Assembly (NCBI GenBank): GCA_964252035.1
Contig: OZ176205.1
Length of the DNA: 64,000 bases
Source of the DNA: Podarcis erhardii
Lineage: Eukaryota
Reading direction: 5' to 3' (one strand)
In this document: piece after piece, positions 13,807-28,500 of the stretch
Layout of the letters: each line of letters opens with the position of its first letter
Position numbering within the stretch: position 1 is the first letter of the stretch
The notes under the pieces: generated by a model
Database searches by the model: none
Told to the model about the DNA's origin: nothing
What the model saw: only the letters and a program-made list of their open reading frames with translations
Position numbers and translations under genes: made by a program

Positions 13807-14509
13807 TACTCCTACTCCTACTCTGAAGTGGCTATAAAGTACAAAATAATAACTCAGAAGAGGCAATTTTGATGGCTGAGAATAAAACATACAAGCAAGC
13901 TCCCATTTACATGCAGGTTACATTCCAAGGCACCACACGTTTAAGTGAAGTTTTATATAATTAATATATATATGTAAATATACATATAAATGTGTGTGCA
14001 TGAGAGAGACAGAGACTGGGTGCAACTGAACAAATTCAGAATTTCAAAAAAAGTAAAAGGCTCCTACAATTCAAGGAGAGGAGGCAGGGTAACAGCCAGG
14101 ATGCGAGTGCAGGCCTATGGTCAGGCCCAACTGCAGAAAAGCTTGCCTCTGTCTTAAAAGAATTACAAGGTTTTCTGAAATAAAATCCACAAAAGCTGTG
14201 TTCAAAGGCAACAAAGGACATCAGACGACAGATAGTGGTGTGAACAGTGCTTCCTTCAAAGCAGACCTGATACACTCTTAGGAATCTTTCTACTAACCTT
14301 GGAAATGTCGACCAGTTTGCCACTTTTTGCCCGCTCGATCTTTGGCTCCAAGCTCTTGGCTGTTCTTAGGAACGCCTTGGCTTGCTCCAGATCATTTCTC
14401 TTCTTTGCCTGGACTGCAGCCTTTAAGTACTGTTTCCTTCTACTCTCCAGGAATTCAAGGTGCTCTAAAGCTGCAAAGAAGCAAAACAACTGGGGTGTTG
14501 TCATAGTTG

Positions 14510-14554
<45 letters not shown>

Positions 14555-17500
14555 AAAAAAAACACTTTTCAGATTTGGAGATATTGCAGGCTCGGTTCCA
14601 GACCACTGCAATAAAGTGAATATTGCAATAAACCGAGTCACGTAAACATTTTGGTTCCCCATTGCATATAAAAATTATGCTTGCACTATATATAGTCTAT
14701 TAAGCCAGGTTCCCCCGCTGGCTGCAGGGGCGGTAGGGGAAAAACCCACCTCCAACCCTAGCCAGCTCCACTCCTGTGGCCAGAAGCGGAAGGCGGCGAC
14801 AGCGGCAGGGCTTTCTTCCCCGGAAGCAGCTAGGCTGCTTGCAGCTGCACAATGAGCAATATGTGAGAAGCGCAATAAAACAAAGCGTGCCTGTGCTATT
14901 GGAGGAGAGAATTTATTTATAAATTTATAAAATTTATAAACCGCTTGATTGTTAAAAAACACACACTCCCTCAAAGCAGTTTACAATGAGGATAAACAAT
15001 AAAATTACCAGTAAAAACAACTAATTTAAACGTTAAAGGAATAAATTCAGCAGTAAACCCAAAAGATATTAAAACATACATCCACATTCTATACATCTGG
15101 GTTGGCTCATCTAAACAAAAATGTTTTTAGCAGGCGTCAAAAACTACAGCGAAGCTGCCTGCCTGATGTCAATAGGCTAAGACCCTATCAGATTCATTTC
15201 TTACAAATGTGAAATGGGCAACAGTTGTTGCTTGTAACAGTGCCAGTTCTGCAGACTGAAGTTGAGTGGGCAATATAGGGGGGTAAAGCAATCTTGCAGG
15301 TAAACTGGTCCCAAGTTATTAAGGGCTTGATGTACTAATAGTAACACCTATAGAAAGCTATTTCCTGCTTAGCTGTATTCCCACTCTGCACACAAGGCTG
15401 TATGAGAGAAACAGAAGGTTTTCTCATCCCAGGGACGCACAGAATAGGCAGTAATGGTGCAGAAAGAAATGTGTGGCAGTGGCTCCTATTTATTTCCGCC
15501 CTCACACCGAAGCATCTCCTGTGTGCAATCTGCCCAGTCATCCACAGCCACATCCATTAGATAAAGCCTTGCTTGCCAGGCTTTGACTCAGACGGAATAC
15601 TTAAACTGTGTGTGGGAGCTCAACATTTGCAAGGAGTGGGGGAGGACATGAAAAAAGAGGGGCAGAAAGGACACTTCTCAGGGAGGCAAGAACTTTCACT
15701 AAGCCTGCCAGGTATCTTTATGATGTCCTTTCCAGAGAGCACACACTAGCTCTTCCAAGCTCCTTAAAGTAAGAGAAAAAACAGACCCAGCCAAGAGGTA
15801 GTCCTGTTTTCTCAAATGCAAGCTTGCCATCTGCATCCAAGCTGTGCAAATGTGTGGCATGTCTCCACGGAACACTGTCAAGCATGTGTCATTGAACTGC
15901 TTAGGAGGAAGACAAAACACTGACTAGCTTGAACCAGTGCAAGTAGCAGTGTCCTGGTAGTTATCTTGATTACAGCAGGGGGTCTGTCTGTTATGTGCAC
16001 ATTTAAGTGGATAATTTGGGTCAGAATAGGAATCCGTATTAGTCACTCATTTGCTGTCCAGATTCTACATACCTTTCTATTCTACTGAAAGGGAGGGCTT
16101 GTTAACATCTTACAAGCACTCCAAACACAGCATTTCACAGCTCAGAAAATGAAAAGCCAACAAGGGCTTTGTCCCAAAGGCTTCTTCTGTTAAGCCTCAC
16201 TGAACGTATTTCTTGTGTACCATTTTTGTCTTGTTCTATCCTCAGCGTGAACAACTGTTTCCCCCTTTTCCTTCCTAACATCCTTTAAGTATCTAAAATA
16301 CATCACTTCCTAAGTCTTGCTTGATGTAAATGAAATAAATACAACTCTCAGCCAGCTGTTTGAGTCCTTACCAACTGGAGAGATGTGCTCAGTGGATGCA
16401 GATTTCTCTGGGGCTGCTACAGGGGTGGGTTGAGAAATATCTTTCTCTGGAGAGGTTTCTTCCGGGATTACAGCAGATGGCACAGTTATTGGCTGAACAA
16501 CTTGCACTGGCTTCTTAGGAGGCTGAGTGGGCTTCTTGGAAGCTGGAGCCTGTATGGAAGGCTCACCCTAGAGGGACCAGAAAGGAATTGAATGCAATGA
16601 GCAGGAAATTCAGATATAGGGCCCAAGATGAGGACGGATACTAAACAAATGGATCCCATTACAGCAGCCATCTGCTGTGGTGCTACAGAAGAGAGACCTT
16701 TTGTGTGCTAAAGGGGTCAGAAAGTCATCTTAAGAGGCTGAAAAAGTCCTTAATAACAGCACTGTAGTCATCATCACTAGGCCGTCTTCAACAAAATGGG
16801 TTATAGAGTGATTCATCATCTGAAGTCCTAGTGCAGAGTGTGGCTTAACAGGAGATGAGCTACTACTAGGTACCCTAACACAAAGTCTGTGAGTTAACCA
16901 GTTCAGCAGTTGGCATTAGGAAATTAAAGGGAATAAGCAGTTTTAACTACCAGAGCTTCTGAGTTGTGGCCAATGCTAGTCCTACTCAGAGTAGACCCAT
17001 TAAAAAGCATGAACATGACTAACCTGATGGGTTAAAAGGAATGGAAATGGTGACTGGAAATGTTTCAGTGTATGTAATACTAGGTTAGTAGGATTTTTTA
17101 AAAAAACAACAACAGCAGCAATAGCAGCTTTTGAAATAGTTGGCTGTAACTTGTGTTTTAAAATGGTAAGAATATTCTTCTGCATCTGTAAGCAAACAGA
17201 TTTTTAAGCAACACACCTCGTCTTCCTCCTCCTCTTCTTTATTCTCTTCCTCCTCCATCTTAACCAGCCTGTTAGCATTTTCAAGGACAGCAGCAACAGT
17301 ATTGTCATCTGCAGGAGCCAGTCCAGGAATCGGAGGAAAACCTGAAAAGAAGAGAGAAGAAAAAAACCCAGAAGATAGCCTTAAAAATAAATGAAGATGA
17401 ACACAACACACATTTATGAGGAGAACTACAGATTTAAAAAGTTGAAATGACAATTATCATTATACTCAGAAGATACAAGTTCTGAGAGTATTGAGCATGA

Positions 17501-19545
17501 ACTCCAGCGGCTGCCCACAAAACGGATCACTGACACATTCAGGCCGAGGAGGAGGAGAAGTTTGGAAGCTTTCAATTTTAGTTAAATTGTTTGTGAACTG
17601 GGAGCTGTGTTTAACGCTAATTATGGTTAATTTCAACCAGCCAGCTCCTCAAATGGGTCATATGTTGTATGGTGCTGTTGCAACCCACCTTAGCTCAGGG
17701 GTCATGACCTGGTAGTGGGTCCCAACCCACCAGCTGAAAACCAACGAGCCAACTTGCAATTCAAGAGGCCCTCTGTGCTGTTATCGTGCAACTTCATGAA
17801 AGTTTACAGTCACAATAAGCAGTTTCATAGCACATTCTGTAGTGTTGTCATGGAGCCAAGCCAGTCTCCTGACAAGGCAGAGTAGGAGGGAGTCTCCTGA
17901 AGCATTTTTGGCAAATGTGCCAGGAGCAAAGCACTTACACGAGGGTATCTCACATTTCAACACACAGCCCTGACAGTGTTGCATACTTACCAGGGGGAAC
18001 TGGTAGTTCCCCAAAATTCACTTTCCTTCCTGCTTTATGGGCTCTTATGGCATCTTGGTATTGCTGTTAAGGAGAAAATTTGGTTAGAGAATACAGTCAT
18101 CTGACAGGTTGTGGGGAGGGGGAGATAAATACTTATTTGTCACTCATTTGTTGTGTTTCCCTTTATGCCATAAGGATTAGAAAACATTTTAAGAGCACTC
18201 CAGGCAGAACATTTCATAGCTAGAAAAATGCAAACCTTCCTCCATGTACTGCATCTGTTGCTGGGCTTGCAGTACACAGATGCAACAACCCCTCCACATG
18301 GCTTTAAGAAAAGGGCTGAAATATTTGCCCCAAGTTCTTAGTAAATGTGATGAAATGATGGTTAACATTATTCAGAGTGCAATTCTATATGCGTCTCCTC
18401 AGAAGTAAGTCTTTCTGAGTTTAATGCAGGCAAATTTGATAATGACATTCTCAGAGTGTAATGTGAAATATGTGATGCTGAAATTCACCACCCAACGAGC
18501 TTGTATTCCACAAGTCTAACAATTATTATTTTTATTTATCAAATTTGTATATTGCCTGGTTATAGAGAAATGTTTTCGCCTGGCTCCCTAAGATATGTAA
18601 TGAAGGCGCCAGGTGAGCTACCTGGGGAAAACATTCCAAAAGCAGGGAGTCACCACAGAAAAGGCCCGTTCTCATGTTGCCACCCTCCAGACCTCCTGTA
18701 GAGGGGCCTCAGATGACAATCATAAGGTCCAGGGTGGTTCATATGGTGAGAGGCCTTTAAATTACCATGGTCCTGAGCAGTTTAAGGCTTTAAAGGTCAA
18801 AGTCAGCACTTTGAAATGGGCCTGGAAACTAATTGGTAGCCAACGCAGTCAGGTCCGGATTGGTGTAATACGTTCAAACAGGAGAAGATCCTCTTACTGC
18901 TGTTATATAATCAGTATCTTTTGTGATCTGATATATCACAGCAGAGGCTCACAACAAAATGATTATAACCAAGGGACTTTTGTGGTAGCACACAGAGCTT
19001 CTTCTTCTTTACCTTGGCTATCCTCTCGTGCATCCTGCTCTTCCGATCATCTCCATTTGCTTTGGCTTGAGCGGCTGCTGCTTTGTATTTCTCCAGCCTT
19101 TGCTGCAAAGCCTCCATCACTGTTTTTGGCTGAGGCAAGGGACCTTTAAAAGCATCCAAAGAACGTATCGTATGAGCTCAGCCACAATATAGGCACCTGC
19201 TTCTCGCACTTTGACCTAGGGGAGGACAATGTCTTGTCTTCCAGGTGTCGCTGGACCACAACTTCTACTAGCCTTTAATACTGACCACACTGGTTGGAAC
19301 TGGAGCCCAACACCTTCTGGAGGGTCAGTGGTTCCACCATCAGTGCTTTAATCCATTCTCCTTTTCCCATTGACACAAACAGATGCAACAGTATTAAAAA
19401 AACAAAATGAAAAAATGCTTCTGGTGTTTGTGTCTCTCAAAGAAAGACACACTTTATTCTTGTCTGAAAGGTGTATGTTGCAATATATGGAAAGACAGAT
19501 TTATATATGCATATATGTGTGTGTGTGTGTGTGTGTGTATGCTTG

Positions 19546-19594
<49 letters not shown>

Positions 19595-22500
19595 TACAAA
19601 AAGAACACAGTACAAATACCTGCATACTTAAGACTATATATATATATATATATATATAATTGGAATATTTCAAACAAGAAACTATGGTCCATCAATTTAA
19701 GATCATTCCCTGCCTTTTTCATATGTATAACCTATCAAAAAGTTGTAACCTATACTGTATATGTATATATTACCATGAAGTGTTGCTTGCTTGCTTGCTT
19801 ACTTATTAAAAATTAACCGTTTACTCATTTGATTGTATACTTATTCAAAAATCAGAATTGCAAATTACCATTAATTTTTTAAAAATTTACCATTAAATTT
19901 CACCCAAGCATATGACTGATGCCGTATCTACCAAAAGCATATATAGACGAATATTGTTTCGTGTTCCGTCAGTCCAATAAGGAATGGATAAGCTTCATTT
20001 TTCAATAGAAGTATTGCTGCTCTGTCTAGTTTGCCTAATTAATATCTGTTACCTAATTTGTTACCTGAACCTAATTAATATTTGTTAATTTAACTACTAA
20101 AGTGATATGCCAAATTTTAAGTAACCAGTCGTCCAATCTAGGTATTTCTCAGTTTCTCCAATTCTGCACTACAATTTCATAGGCTGCACTTATATAGATT
20201 AGAAATGCTAGTTATACCTATTATACTGTAAGATCTGAGTTTCTAATCTATACAATACACCTCACAAGAGAGAGGCTTTGCTTTAAAACGCATCTAAGCC
20301 GAAGCTTTATTACCTTGACTGTCTGGTGCTGTCACAGGAAGGCTGGTTTCCACAGCTACAGATGGTGCCTGTTTTGAGGGAAGCTGTATCATTTCTGGAC
20401 TTTCAAGGTCTGAAAATGTGGGTGTCAAGGGAAAAGAATTTAATGCATTTTATAAAAGGCACGGAAGCGTAGAGATACAAATTCTTCACTACAGTTGCAA
20501 CATAATTCAACAAGAGCCAAAGAAAATTTGGTACTGTAAAGAGAAGCTGTTTTTTCCAATGGGAACAAATGTCGCTCTAAGTCTGGGGTTGCCAGCATGC
20601 CACCCACAGGCACAATGGCACTGCCCTCCACCCATCACTGCCATCATTATGGGGTGGCGAGGATGGTTACCTTCCCTCTCTTGAAAAGTACAAAGTGATG
20701 AAGGAGGAAATTTGAAGAGAAGTTGTCCCTACTGCTTCTTTCAGCTCTATGTGCTTTTCAAGGCTCAGATTAGCACCTAAAGCAGCTGAACAGAGAGCAG
20801 AGCAACTGAGAGGATAGGAGAAGTATAGGTGAGTAACCTGGGAGACTAGGGAGAAAAAAATTAAGCTGCTAGGCAGAAGAAAATGGGGTGCCACAGGAGA
20901 TAGAGAGAAGGGAAGAGGGAGGAAAGAAATGGCACGCCAGAGAGACAAAGGCAGTGTGGAGTGAGAGAGGGGAAGATAGGGAGAGAGAGAGGCATAAGCC
21001 TGACACACTGGATCCCGTAAAATGGAACCTCTTGAAATTGCATAAGCTTTTCACAGGATCCCACCCATGTCGCAACTGAAGCATTTAAAAAAACGACACT
21101 TTCCATTGTTGTGGCACAAAAGCTTTGATCCCAGGTATGGATTCTAATGGGGCCTCATACCTTTTTAACATGAATTCCTTCAAATCCACCACCACCAAAT
21201 CATAGATTCACAGAATTCACAGAAGGATTCTGTGATTTGTTAGCGGTTTTGTTGTCGCCCTATTTGAAAATGACGGAAATCTAAGAGGATCTGTGTCTTG
21301 CATCAATGTTTTTGCAGTGTGGTTGTGATCTAAGAACACCAACACCTAACTCCCACAATTCCACTGTTAGAATAACTACCAAATACACTAACACTTCCTC
21401 CAACTCCTTTACATATTTGTTAGCTGTCCAAGCAGTTCCAGTTCTCAGTAAATAGGGACAACCACTCAACTAATTTTATGTAATTAATTCCAAATCCTAG
21501 AAACGTAGAAACATCCCAAACAAAATCAGTTTAAAATTCAGTTTACGTAATAGCATGGGCATGAAACTGATGTTTATAAGTAATTGCAACCAGGAAAAAG
21601 AAAAGGTGGAGTCACATAACACTAAAACAGTACATAGCAAATGCATTCTCTCAGGCGCAAGATATTGCACTTTGGACTGCTCAGAAACACAATATCCCTT
21701 CAGCAGACACTTAACCTTAAGCAGAGACATGCAGGGGGCAAATGAAGATGCATTCGCTGAAAAAAAAAATCCACACAAAGAGACATCAGTGGGAACAGAG
21801 AATAGGATATTTCAATTTCAAAATATGGAGAATACCTGGTTTTGAAAAATAAAACAAATGACTGCAAAGTTACTTAAGACAGAAAAAAAATTCATCATGC
21901 AATACATTATATTAGATAGATTCACATGCTTCTTTTTAATGATCTGGAAGCGAAAGCAGGATGCCATTAGAAAACTGAAACTATGAAAGTCTGACAGTTT
22001 CACAACATCACAGATCCTTTCAGGGTTTCTACCGCAGGATATCTGAAGTCAGTGTGATAAACCTTCATCTTTTATCTGCAATTCAATGTATTCTAGTTAC
22101 TGGAAAGATCATTTATCTCCTTTGCTCTTACCCTGTGGTGCTGGAGGCATATCCCTGAGGTCTACTGGCTGCCCACTGTCCAGTGCTTCCAGAACCAGGC
22201 TGAACTTCTACAACAAAAATGCAAAGCCAAAGGGTCTCTATGACATTGATCTCAACTTGGTTCACAGAATGGTGCTTCTGACCACAGAACTAGCACACAC
22301 ACAGTGGTAACTCGGGTTACGAACGTAATTCGTTCTGTAGGTCCGTTCTTAACCCAAAACTGTTCTTAACCTGAGGTGTGCTTTCGCTGATAGGGCCTCC
22401 CGCTGCCGCCGCTGCATGATTTCCGTTCTCATCCTGGGGCAAAGTTCACAACCCGAGGTACTACTTCCGGCTTAGCGGAGTTTGTAACCTGAAGTGTTTA

Positions 22501-25500
22501 TAACCCGAAGCATTTGTAACCCGAGGTACCACTGTACAGCATCACAGATACCCACTCTAATTGAAATTACTACTACTACTACTACTACTATTATTATTAT
22601 TAACATTTGTATACCACCATTCATCCAAAGATCACAGGGTGGTTCACAACATAAAAATACAAAACAAGAACCCAAAACACGTAATAAGAACAAGAACAAA
22701 CCAACAACCTCCCTCCCACAAACACATTTAAAAAGACATAGATTGTTAACCAGCCAAAGGCCTGGTTATAGAGAAATGTTTTCATCTGGTACCTAAAGAT
22801 ATGTAATGAAGGCGCCAGGCAAGCTTCCCTAATGAGAGCACTCCACAAACAGGGAGCCACCACAGAAAAGGTCCATTCTCTGGACCTCCCATAGGAGAGG
22901 CATTCTCAAATTTCTAGCCATTGAACAACTTGAATTGAATCAGAGAACTTCTGTTTAGGATTCAAAAATAAGAAGGGATGAGATGTGGATTCCAGATGCT
23001 AGCAAGATGCACTCCTGCGACCCTAAGTCCCCACTTTCTCTTTTTGATGGATGTATCCTTCATTCAGTCCCCAGCACATGCACAAATCACCTCATTCCCC
23101 TTCAATACTCTTGTATGCAGGTAGATACAGTTCTTTTAGATCTCTATCAATATTTAACTTGCATAGATTTATTTATCTGGTCAAAGAATATAGATTTTCC
23201 TAGTGCAATTCTGCTTTAGGGATCCTGACACAAGAAAGCTAGAGAATTGTGACTTTCACTCTAAAAAGAAAGGAACAGGGAGCTGGTCCATATGTTACAT
23301 TTACCATGAGATCAGTTAGTTCATGGTGATTTCCCCATTACACAGCCATATTACAAAGCAGAATTTACTGCGTGAGTCAGGGCCATTATACAGAGTTGCC
23401 TCTTTTCCAATTCAGCTCCATGGTGGAAGAGGTTGGAAAACTCAATATGCCGTGGCTCCAACTCATGTACGCCTGGGGTTGGAAGTTTGCCATGGGGGTG
23501 CAAATCCCCACAGTGAAAGTAACATATACGTTTACCCTCAGAAAAAGAAATATTCTAGAGAATCCTCAAGATCATCAACACCAATTATGGTTTGCAGAAA
23601 ACTGCTTTAGCTTGAAATAATGACGCCTCACCTTCCCAGTCCTCATGTACTCTTTTGCCTTCTCAAGATCGCCTTTCTGTTTGGCTTTGAGCGCTGCTAG
23701 TTTGTACTCCTTCTCTCTTGTCACAAGCAGTGCTCGTGTGTCAAGGTCTGGGGAATCTGAACAAGACAACAAAACATAAAAACACCTACTATATAGCCAA
23801 TAAAACATCTACTATAAACACCATGAGGACCATAGTTCCTTAGGTACCTGGGTCCACCACCCATCCACCCTATGGAAGAAACAAGCAGAAAAGTGGCACT
23901 TTTGTGTGCATATGCAGAATAGGGATGCTGCAGGGGAAAGGGCCACACTCAAACTACTTACTGTTTTCAGAAGTGCTACTTGTTCCCAGAACACCTGAAT
24001 CTGCATCCTGGCTCTGGAGATCAGGTGTGCTCACAGATAGCTCCGGATCGCTGGGGTTCTTTAATTCATGGTCTGTAGTAGAGCCTTCATTTTCCTCCCC
24101 TTCAGGAACAGTTATTTCATCTTGGCTGCCTGAGTTTTTAGGCAAGTCATTCAAAGGCACGGCTTGTGGAGTTGTAGCAGAGCTCTTCCCGGATGCTACA
24201 GGTGGTGGCATTTCTTCCTCATTCACTTTTTTCCCTTTCTTCACTGCAGTCAGCATGGTTTCCAATGCCTAGTAGTGATTGAGTAGCGATTTCAATTACC
24301 CAGCATAGATTAAATACTTATCCCCTATATGATCATTCCAATCAAGCTGTGTCTTTCATTTGTTGACCCATGTAGTCTCCCATCCAGGTGCTCAACTCGT
24401 CCAGATCAGTTTAGCTACAGCAAGATGATGGCGTCATGTACCTTCAGGCTATACCTGGGATCTCTTAGGTGCCTGGAATCTCACACTCTACAGCCTTCTT
24501 GGGAACTGCAGCATTTTGCAATGTTCCGAGATCAATGAAACACTCCCAACCCACACACACAAAAAATGATAAAACTCTGTCATATTCTGGGTTACAACTT
24601 CCATCAGTTCCAACCAGCATGGCCAGTGTCATGGATGATGGGAGCTATAGTGCTATAAAGCTTTGCAATTCATCTTCCACTGGTCTGTGCAAAGACTCAA
24701 CAACGCGACTTTAAACTATATGGGAGAATGCAGTAACTTTCTGACAATACCCACGCATCAAAACAGGAAGAGAAACTGTACCCATTTTGCTGAATTTCAA
24801 GTCTTAATGATAAATAAATGAACTTTTCTGCTTTCTTCTGAAGCACAGGCACAGAAAATCTACACACAAAATTATGTCCATCCAACCAAGTGACTAGAAA
24901 ACCCCAACTCCAACAAAAAAAATCTAATGTAGGAATGCTACACATTTCAATTAGTGATCTCTAGCTGAGAATCCTCATACATCCTCTTGAATCTTCAACT
25001 CTACCAATAATTAAGCCTGCAAGACCAATATTTAGCTTTTTCCCTGCCTCCAGGTATTTATTGAATACAAGATTTTCCCTTAACATAAATACCCTGTCCG
25101 CTGGAGCCAATAGCTTTTAAAATCAGTTCTATTTTGTGTGTTATATGGTAGCTATCTCTAATATCTAGAGTCTGTAAGAAAAGTTTCCATTTGAATGAAC
25201 TGCTGCTTGGGAATGAGTGCTAGTGTATGAAACTGTAATGATTACAATTACAAGAACAGCAACAGCAACAAGTCTAGAGAAGATAAAACAACCTCAATTA
25301 AACTCCCACCTACTAAAGCAGTAAAAAAGAGAGAGAACCTCATCCAGATTAATATCATGATACCATACTAAAGAAGCATTAATGAATGTTTAATTTAACT
25401 TAGACAATTCTGTCTATACAAAGATTTTAGACAGAACAAGACTAGCACTCATTTACAAAAGTGAAAAAAATGAATGCTACGCCTCTGTTCTTTCCTGCAT

Positions 25501-28500
25501 ACATCTTTGCACTGAATTAATGGCTGATACTCATAGCCTGTTTTGAACAGCATTTTTCCTTCTCTGCTAAAAGGATGAGAATCTGTGGTCCCAACATACC
25601 TTCAGGCCCCGTTCATACCGTCGCACTTTGGAACTCTCGCCGGCTTCCTTTGCGTTGAGTATAGCTGCCTTATAGTTAACTATCCTTTCTTCTATTGTTT
25701 GTTGCAGTCCACTGGAAACAGCAAGCGCCATCTCAAAGAAGATAAAGGAAATGAGACCAAAAAAGATGACAAGTATTCTGCCCACCAGAATTGAACTCTA
25801 AATCAGACATTCAAGTATCAGGGGCGGGAGAGAACCACATTCTCTGGAACATGCTCACCTAGGACTCAATGCATAAGAGGCTGAGCCACCTCCCTTGAAC
25901 AGATGAGTGTCTGTTCTTCTGCAAAAATTCCACAAGTCACCTCTCGGCTTTCTGCCAAAGCAGCAGCAGAGAAGTGGGTGGGTGGAACACCTCAAGAAAC
26001 ATTCACAGCCACTGGGCATATTTAGTCGGAAGGTCTTCGTCATTTCAGACAGAGACCGACTGCAAAGTTATTTTGAAGTATTGAAAATGTTTTCTCTATT
26101 CTGCTGTGAGCTCTCTAACGGTTTTCTTCAACTTGTTTGCTTACAAAGTTCTCTCCTTCCGCAGGGGGGGGGGGGATGGAAAAATCATCAGACAAACGCT
26201 ACAAATTCAAGAGACTAGAAATGCCACTAGCGCTTATTCACTTTACAAATACACTCTGCCAAGAAGCTGCCAATGTTAAGTAAATATCGGCAGCACTGCT
26301 CATCAAACCTAACTCTAACGGAACAGAGAAAACTCACAGAATGTGTTCAAAGGGAAGAGGCAACCAAACACAAGCCCTAAACACAACTCCAGCCAAGGAG
26401 AATGTCCTGAGGTGGTTTTGTTCAATCCTACACCGTCTATGTAGGAGGAGTGGGGAACCGGTGGCCCTCCAGATGTTGTTGAGCTTAAGGTTTCCATCAT
26501 AACTGACCACAGACCATTCTGGTTGGGACTGATGTAAGTTGGGGGTTCAGCAACCTCTGGAGGCTCACAGGTTCTCCATCCCTTGTCTACAGCCTGACTG
26601 ACTACGCTGTTAAAATCAGCTGTCTCCAGGAGCCCAGGTCACAGCCATTGTCTTCGCTCAGTTGCCTGCATCACATTCTCACTTTCAAGGTTCTAACCAA
26701 CTTCCAAATTCACTTTAAATGAAAGCTAAACACTTTGCTATATTCCCAGTACAGAGGGCAGGTTGTTGTTGTTGTTTAACCCCCCCAACCCCCCCCCCCA
26801 AATGCAGTGCAATTCATACACTGAAGGGCTTGACCTTTACATTCCTTAAAATCCAGTTTTCCAGGCTCAAAGCAAAAGCTTTCATTTACCTGTGTTGGTC
26901 GATCGCTGGGCTCCTCTGCGGCTACAGAAGACTCTTCTATTGTTTCCGTCTCACATTCACCGCTTCCTCCTCCATCTTCCTCTCCCAGGACTTCCTGCAA
27001 CTCTGCCTAGAGCATGAAACAGTGCAATTGTCGCTAAAGAAGAGCTACTTCTATTTTGAGCACTGCATTAAAATGAACCACGGGGTACTTTCCACTGCTA
27101 TCATTCAAAGGTGGGGCCCGGAAATCTCTTACTTAGAATCAAAGAGCATTCTTCTTATGCCAAAACAACTGCACTTTTCTCTTTACAAAAATTCACTGTT
27201 GTATGTGAATAAGGCTGCCTCATTTATGTTCCTCTGTGGCAGCTTTCTATCAGAGATTAAAAGCTTCATGGAAAACCTACATGCTGTCCAAGTGATGCAC
27301 CACATTTTAGCTAATTTGAATTGGCAGCAAAATAATTCCAGTTAAACCTCTTATATGTGTGTGGTTTAGGATGGGTAGAATTGTGCTGTGATTTGTAAAC
27401 TTCCTGTATGCCTTTTAAGGGCCCCTTAGGCAACCAGGAACTTGCACGGTTCTGAAGAACACACATCTATGAAGAACTCTAGAGCCTGCAAAGCAAACAA
27501 AAGCCACAATCTTGCATACAATTATGTCCCAGTAAAGTCCTATGGGACTTAACCAAGCACAATTGTATTTTATATTTCATAATGTTATTTAGATACTACT
27601 TGACTGTTAAAACAAAACAAAACAAAACAAAACCTCAAAGTGTTTTTTGTACACAAGATTGTAGTAAAAGTTCTTATATACCAGCCTTCCTGATATGCCT
27701 GAATTCCAAATCTGGAAACTCCAAAAATTGCAGTTGTTGAGAGAAAACATTACTTTTCAAGAGGCCTTAATGGTGTTCCAGTGAATATGACATCATATTC
27801 ATTTGATTAAGATTTCCTCCTGCCTCTTCCAGCCTTGTATTAAAGAATATGGAAATGATTTTAATATAAGGATCATGTGTGATAGGACACAATCACTTTA
27901 GGGGGTGCAAAGCAGTTCTAAAAACAACTTCCAAGAGAAATACCTGAATATAAGCCTCACTTTTTTTCCAAATTCTGACCATGTAAAGCTAAAGTGTGGC
28001 TTATCTTTGCGATCTTACAAAAATTGGCTTTTACAATATTGCTGCTGAAACAGACATGTGGTAAAACGGAACGGGTGTGAGTGCCTGCATAATTTTAAGG
28101 GAGCGGTTTATATTTGGGTATTATATTCAGGTATTTCTCTTCTCCCCCCCCCCATGAATTTTAAAGTTGTGGCTTATATTCGGGTGCGGCTTATATTCAG
28201 GCCAATATGGTAGTAAGTTTTCAGCCTTATTTCCCAAGATCCTTAAGAAACCTGTGTGAGTGGGTCTTGGTGCACATGAAGTTCATCAGTAGTACTGCCA
28301 GATGCTACTATCTCTTCAAACATTATGGAAAAACTTCTAAATTTAATTCACCTGCAGCCCAGTTCAAACCTCAGGAATGTCACAATTTCTTTTCCAGACA
28401 AGTTTCTTCTTTCCCCTCTGGCAGCTACAAACAGACACCACTTCTACTCCAGCCTGAGGAAACAGAGCCAGTACCAAGCAGGAAAGGTGAAACCCACACA

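Noticed and set aside
13708-13890. Poly-Ile ORF; also VC/CV-repeat ORFs at 14299-14556 and 19370-19816
   Set aside because: Translations of microsatellites.
18613-19149. 178-aa plus-strand ORF
   Set aside because: Runs through an L2-like fragment and antisense to CC2D1B exon 10.
25855-26043. Additional CC2D1B exon
   Set aside because: No acceptor/donor pair gives a stop-free phase 0-0 exon.
26719-27345. 208-aa plus-strand ORF
   Set aside because: Antisense to CC2D1B exon 4 and flanking intron; no recognisable domain or coding-like composition.
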